DNA of 64,000 nt from a virus, in IMG/VR virus record IMGVR_UViG_3300047301_000191; one strand, 5' to 3'. Each line of letters opens with the position of its first letter. Position 1 is the first letter of the stretch. The notes under the pieces were generated by a model. The model saw only the letters and a program-made list of their open reading frames with translations. It ran no database searches and was not told the origin of the DNA. Shown piece by piece: positions 62,456 through 64,000 of this stretch. The position numbers and the translations under genes are program-made.

Positions 62456-63625
62456 ATGGCACAATCGTATAACCTACGATCCCTGACCGTAGAAGAGATT
62501 GTTGAGCTGACCGACACAGAGCCAATGATTTCGTATTTTTTGCATCTCTCCCACATCCATGAAGATGACGAGATGAAGTTTGCCGCAGGCGTGTATGTAA
62601 AGGCGGGGCAGCCCCACCTACTGATGAACCCAACCATGATGAACACCTTTTCTGTACGAGAAAAGATTGGTGTTATTGTGCACGAGTTTATGCACGCGAT
62701 GTTGGCTCACTGCACGACACGCACGACCAATGAAGAGAATCGGCGTAAGACTGAGAACATCGCGAAAGACATGGCGATCAATCAGCTTATCGTTGACCCG
62801 CGCTATGGGAACTGGGATTTGCCAAACGGTTGCGTTTCGCATACCGATCCTCGTTTCAACTATCCAGCGGGACTCTCGGCGGAAGAGTATTACGCCAAGA
62901 TTAAGGAGGAGCATTCCGAAGACGACATCAGCAAGAACTTCGGTGACCTTGGTTTTGACGACCACTCGAACTGGAGTGAGGATGACGACATGGCTGGTAC
63001 GCAGGTAATCAAGCAAATGGCCCGGCGCTATTTGACTGGTACCAACGCCCAGCGTGGTCGCACTCTTGCTGCTGGTACACTGGCGAACTCAATGATTGAA
63101 GAAATTCTCAGCGTGGAGAATAACGACATTGATTGGCGAGCCAAGACCCGTCAGTGGCTTTGTCGTGTAGCCGATCCCAAGGCTAAGTTTACTTGGAAGC
63201 GAATGAGCAAGCGCTATGGGGCTCCATTCCAAGGCACGAAGATGAAGACCAAGAATAAGGTCTGTGCGATTGTCGATACATCTGGCTCCATGAGTCAGTC
63301 ATTCTTGGCTCACATCGGTGGCCAGTTGAACCAGATGTCTCGCATCATGCAGGTTGATGTTGTGTTCGTAGACGCTGAAGTGCATGGAGCGATTAAGAAG
63401 TTTCGTCCATCCGCTCAGCTAGCATTCCCAGGGCGTGGCGGCACCGACATGCAGCCAGGTTTTGACTATGCGATGGAAGAAGGATATCGTGGAGTTATTT
63501 GCTTTACGGACGGCGGCCTCTGGCGCCAACCAGAATGCAATCTCAAGACGCTTTGGGTAGTAATGAACAACCGTGGCTTTACTTCGCCTATTGGCGAGGT
63601 GGTTCACGTTGATTGGCGGGAGTGA
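62456..63625 (+). CDS. VWA-domain protein with N-terminal HExxH putative metallopeptidase domain (DUF2201-like MoxR partner)
   Basis: VIVHEFMHAMLAH zinc-binding motif; C-terminal MIDAS motif VDTSGSM; directly follows the MoxR ATPase with a conserved leader. Confidence 0.75.
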   Translation: MAQSYNLRSLTVEEIVELTDTEPMISYFLHLSHIHEDDEMKFAAGVYVKAGQPHLLMNPTMMNTFSVREKIGVIVHEFMHAMLAHCTTRTTNEENRRKTENIAKDMAINQLIVDPRYGNWDLPNGCVSHTDPRFNYPAGLSAEEYYAKIKEEHSEDDISKNFGDLGFDDHSNWSEDDDMAGTQVIKQMARRYLTGTNAQRGRTLAAGTLANSMIEEILSVENNDIDWRAKTRQWLCRVADPKAKFTWKRMSKRYGAPFQGTKMKTKNKVCAIVDTSGSMSQSFLAHIGGQLNQMSRIMQVDVVFVDAEVHGAIKKFRPSAQLAFPGRGGTDMQPGFDYAMEEGYRGVICFTDGGLWRQPECNLKTLWVVMNNRGFTSPIGEVVHVDWRE

Positions 63626-63627
63626 AT

Positions 63628-63855
63628 ATGACGTTATTTGGAATTATTCGAGAGATGCTTGCTCGTGGCGAACTTGGTACGGTACGTACCTTTCATCCTC
63701 AAATGGGAGAAGGAGAACGGCTGACCTATCTGGGTGAGCCGGTTACGATTCTGACGGGCACGCATCAGGCGGCTGGTGTTGTGTTTCGTGACCCACATGA
63801 TGTGATGCTCACCGCGTCAGGTCAGTTGATTACGGCTGCCTACTCGGTAGCTTGA
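63628..63855 (+). CDS. Hypothetical small protein, third gene of the MoxR-VWA unit
   Basis: ATG 3 nt after the VWA stop; strong terminator follows. Confidence 0.4.
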   Translation: MTLFGIIREMLARGELGTVRTFHPQMGEGERLTYLGEPVTILTGTHQAAGVVFRDPHDVMLTASGQLITAAYSVA

Positions 63856-63860
63856 ATGAA

Positions 63861-63898
63861 GGGGCCTGTGTCCGTAGGGATACAGGCCCCTTCTTTTT
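63861..63898 (+). terminator. Rho-independent terminator (ggggcctgt-N12-acaggcccc + TTCTTTTT)
   Basis: 9-bp GC stem and T-run 6 nt after stop 63855. Confidence 0.7.
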
Positions 63899-63910
63899 AA
63901 TGGAGGACTT

Positions 63911-64000
63911 ATGAATCTTCAGCACTGGGAGTATCTACGTTCAGGCCGGTACACTTGGCAAGAAACGCACGAGATGTGGGTCTCTAGGCTTGATGGACTT
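63911..64000 (+). CDS. MORN-family N-terminal domain protein, 3'-truncated by the window edge
   Basis: GGAGG RBS then MNLQHWEYLRSGRYTWQETHEMW. Confidence 0.45.
   Translation, partial: MNLQHWEYLRSGRYTWQETHEMWVSRLDGL

Noticed and set aside
61258-63855. MoxR/VWA pair as cobaltochelatase CobS/CobT (cobalamin synthesis)
   Set aside because: The VWA partner carries an HExxH metallopeptidase-like N-domain rather than a CobT-like domain, and no other cobalamin genes are present. The generic MoxR-VWA annotation is safer.
1-64000. CRISPR array
   Set aside because: The only short recurring element is the CAGCAAAACC-N10-GATCC motif. Its copies are 3-9 kb apart with genes in between, not regularly spaced repeat-spacer units. 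No cas-like genes are present.

Overview
The window reads as a hyperplastic accessory region of a large (jumbo-type) dsDNA bacteriophage. About 140 small-to-medium ORFs are packed on the + strand, and many neighbouring genes overlap by the 4-nt ATGA/GTGA or 1-nt TAATG stop/start junctions. There are three tRNA genes: Gly-UCC, Thr-UGU and Ala-UGC. Three free-standing homing-endonuclease genes lie on the - strand. Several rho-independent terminators are present. No integrase or attachment site was seen, so this is not an obvious prophage edge. Genes I can recognise: a ClpA-type double-AAA+ unfoldase; a lipoprotein SPFH/band-7 protein; a Cys-rich lipoprotein with a von Willebrand A (VWA) domain; a Cys-rich OmpA-domain protein; a cytidine/dCMP-deaminase-like protein; an FmdB zinc-ribbon protein; a GatB/YqeY-domain protein; a DUF4326 protein; a DUF2384 (MbcA/ParS antitoxin-like) protein; a MoxR-like AAA+ ATPase paired with a HExxH+VWA protein. 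The most striking content is an unusually rich, dispersed RNA/tRNA-repair toolkit. It comprises two stand-alone RNA ligases of different families, an HNH-RNA-ligase fusion, a polynucleotide-kinase-like P-loop kinase, a HAD DxDGT phosphatase, a Pol-beta-type nucleotidyltransferase, a PPP metallophosphoesterase and a Thg1-like 3'-5' polymerase. Three features point to regulatory or evolutionary structure that standard annotation would miss. A bipartite GC-rich motif, CAGCAAAACC-N10-GATCC, recurs ten times just upstream of genes at roughly 5-9 kb intervals. At least 13 paralogous MORN-variant repeat proteins share an N-terminal domain. An N-terminal signature M-[KNQ]-L-[DEN]-x-[WYF]-E heads at least 35 ORFs of otherwise different families, including three tandem paralog arrays. 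ClpA and the MoxR-VWA module are markedly GC-richer than the roughly 40% GC background, which suggests they were acquired from a host.
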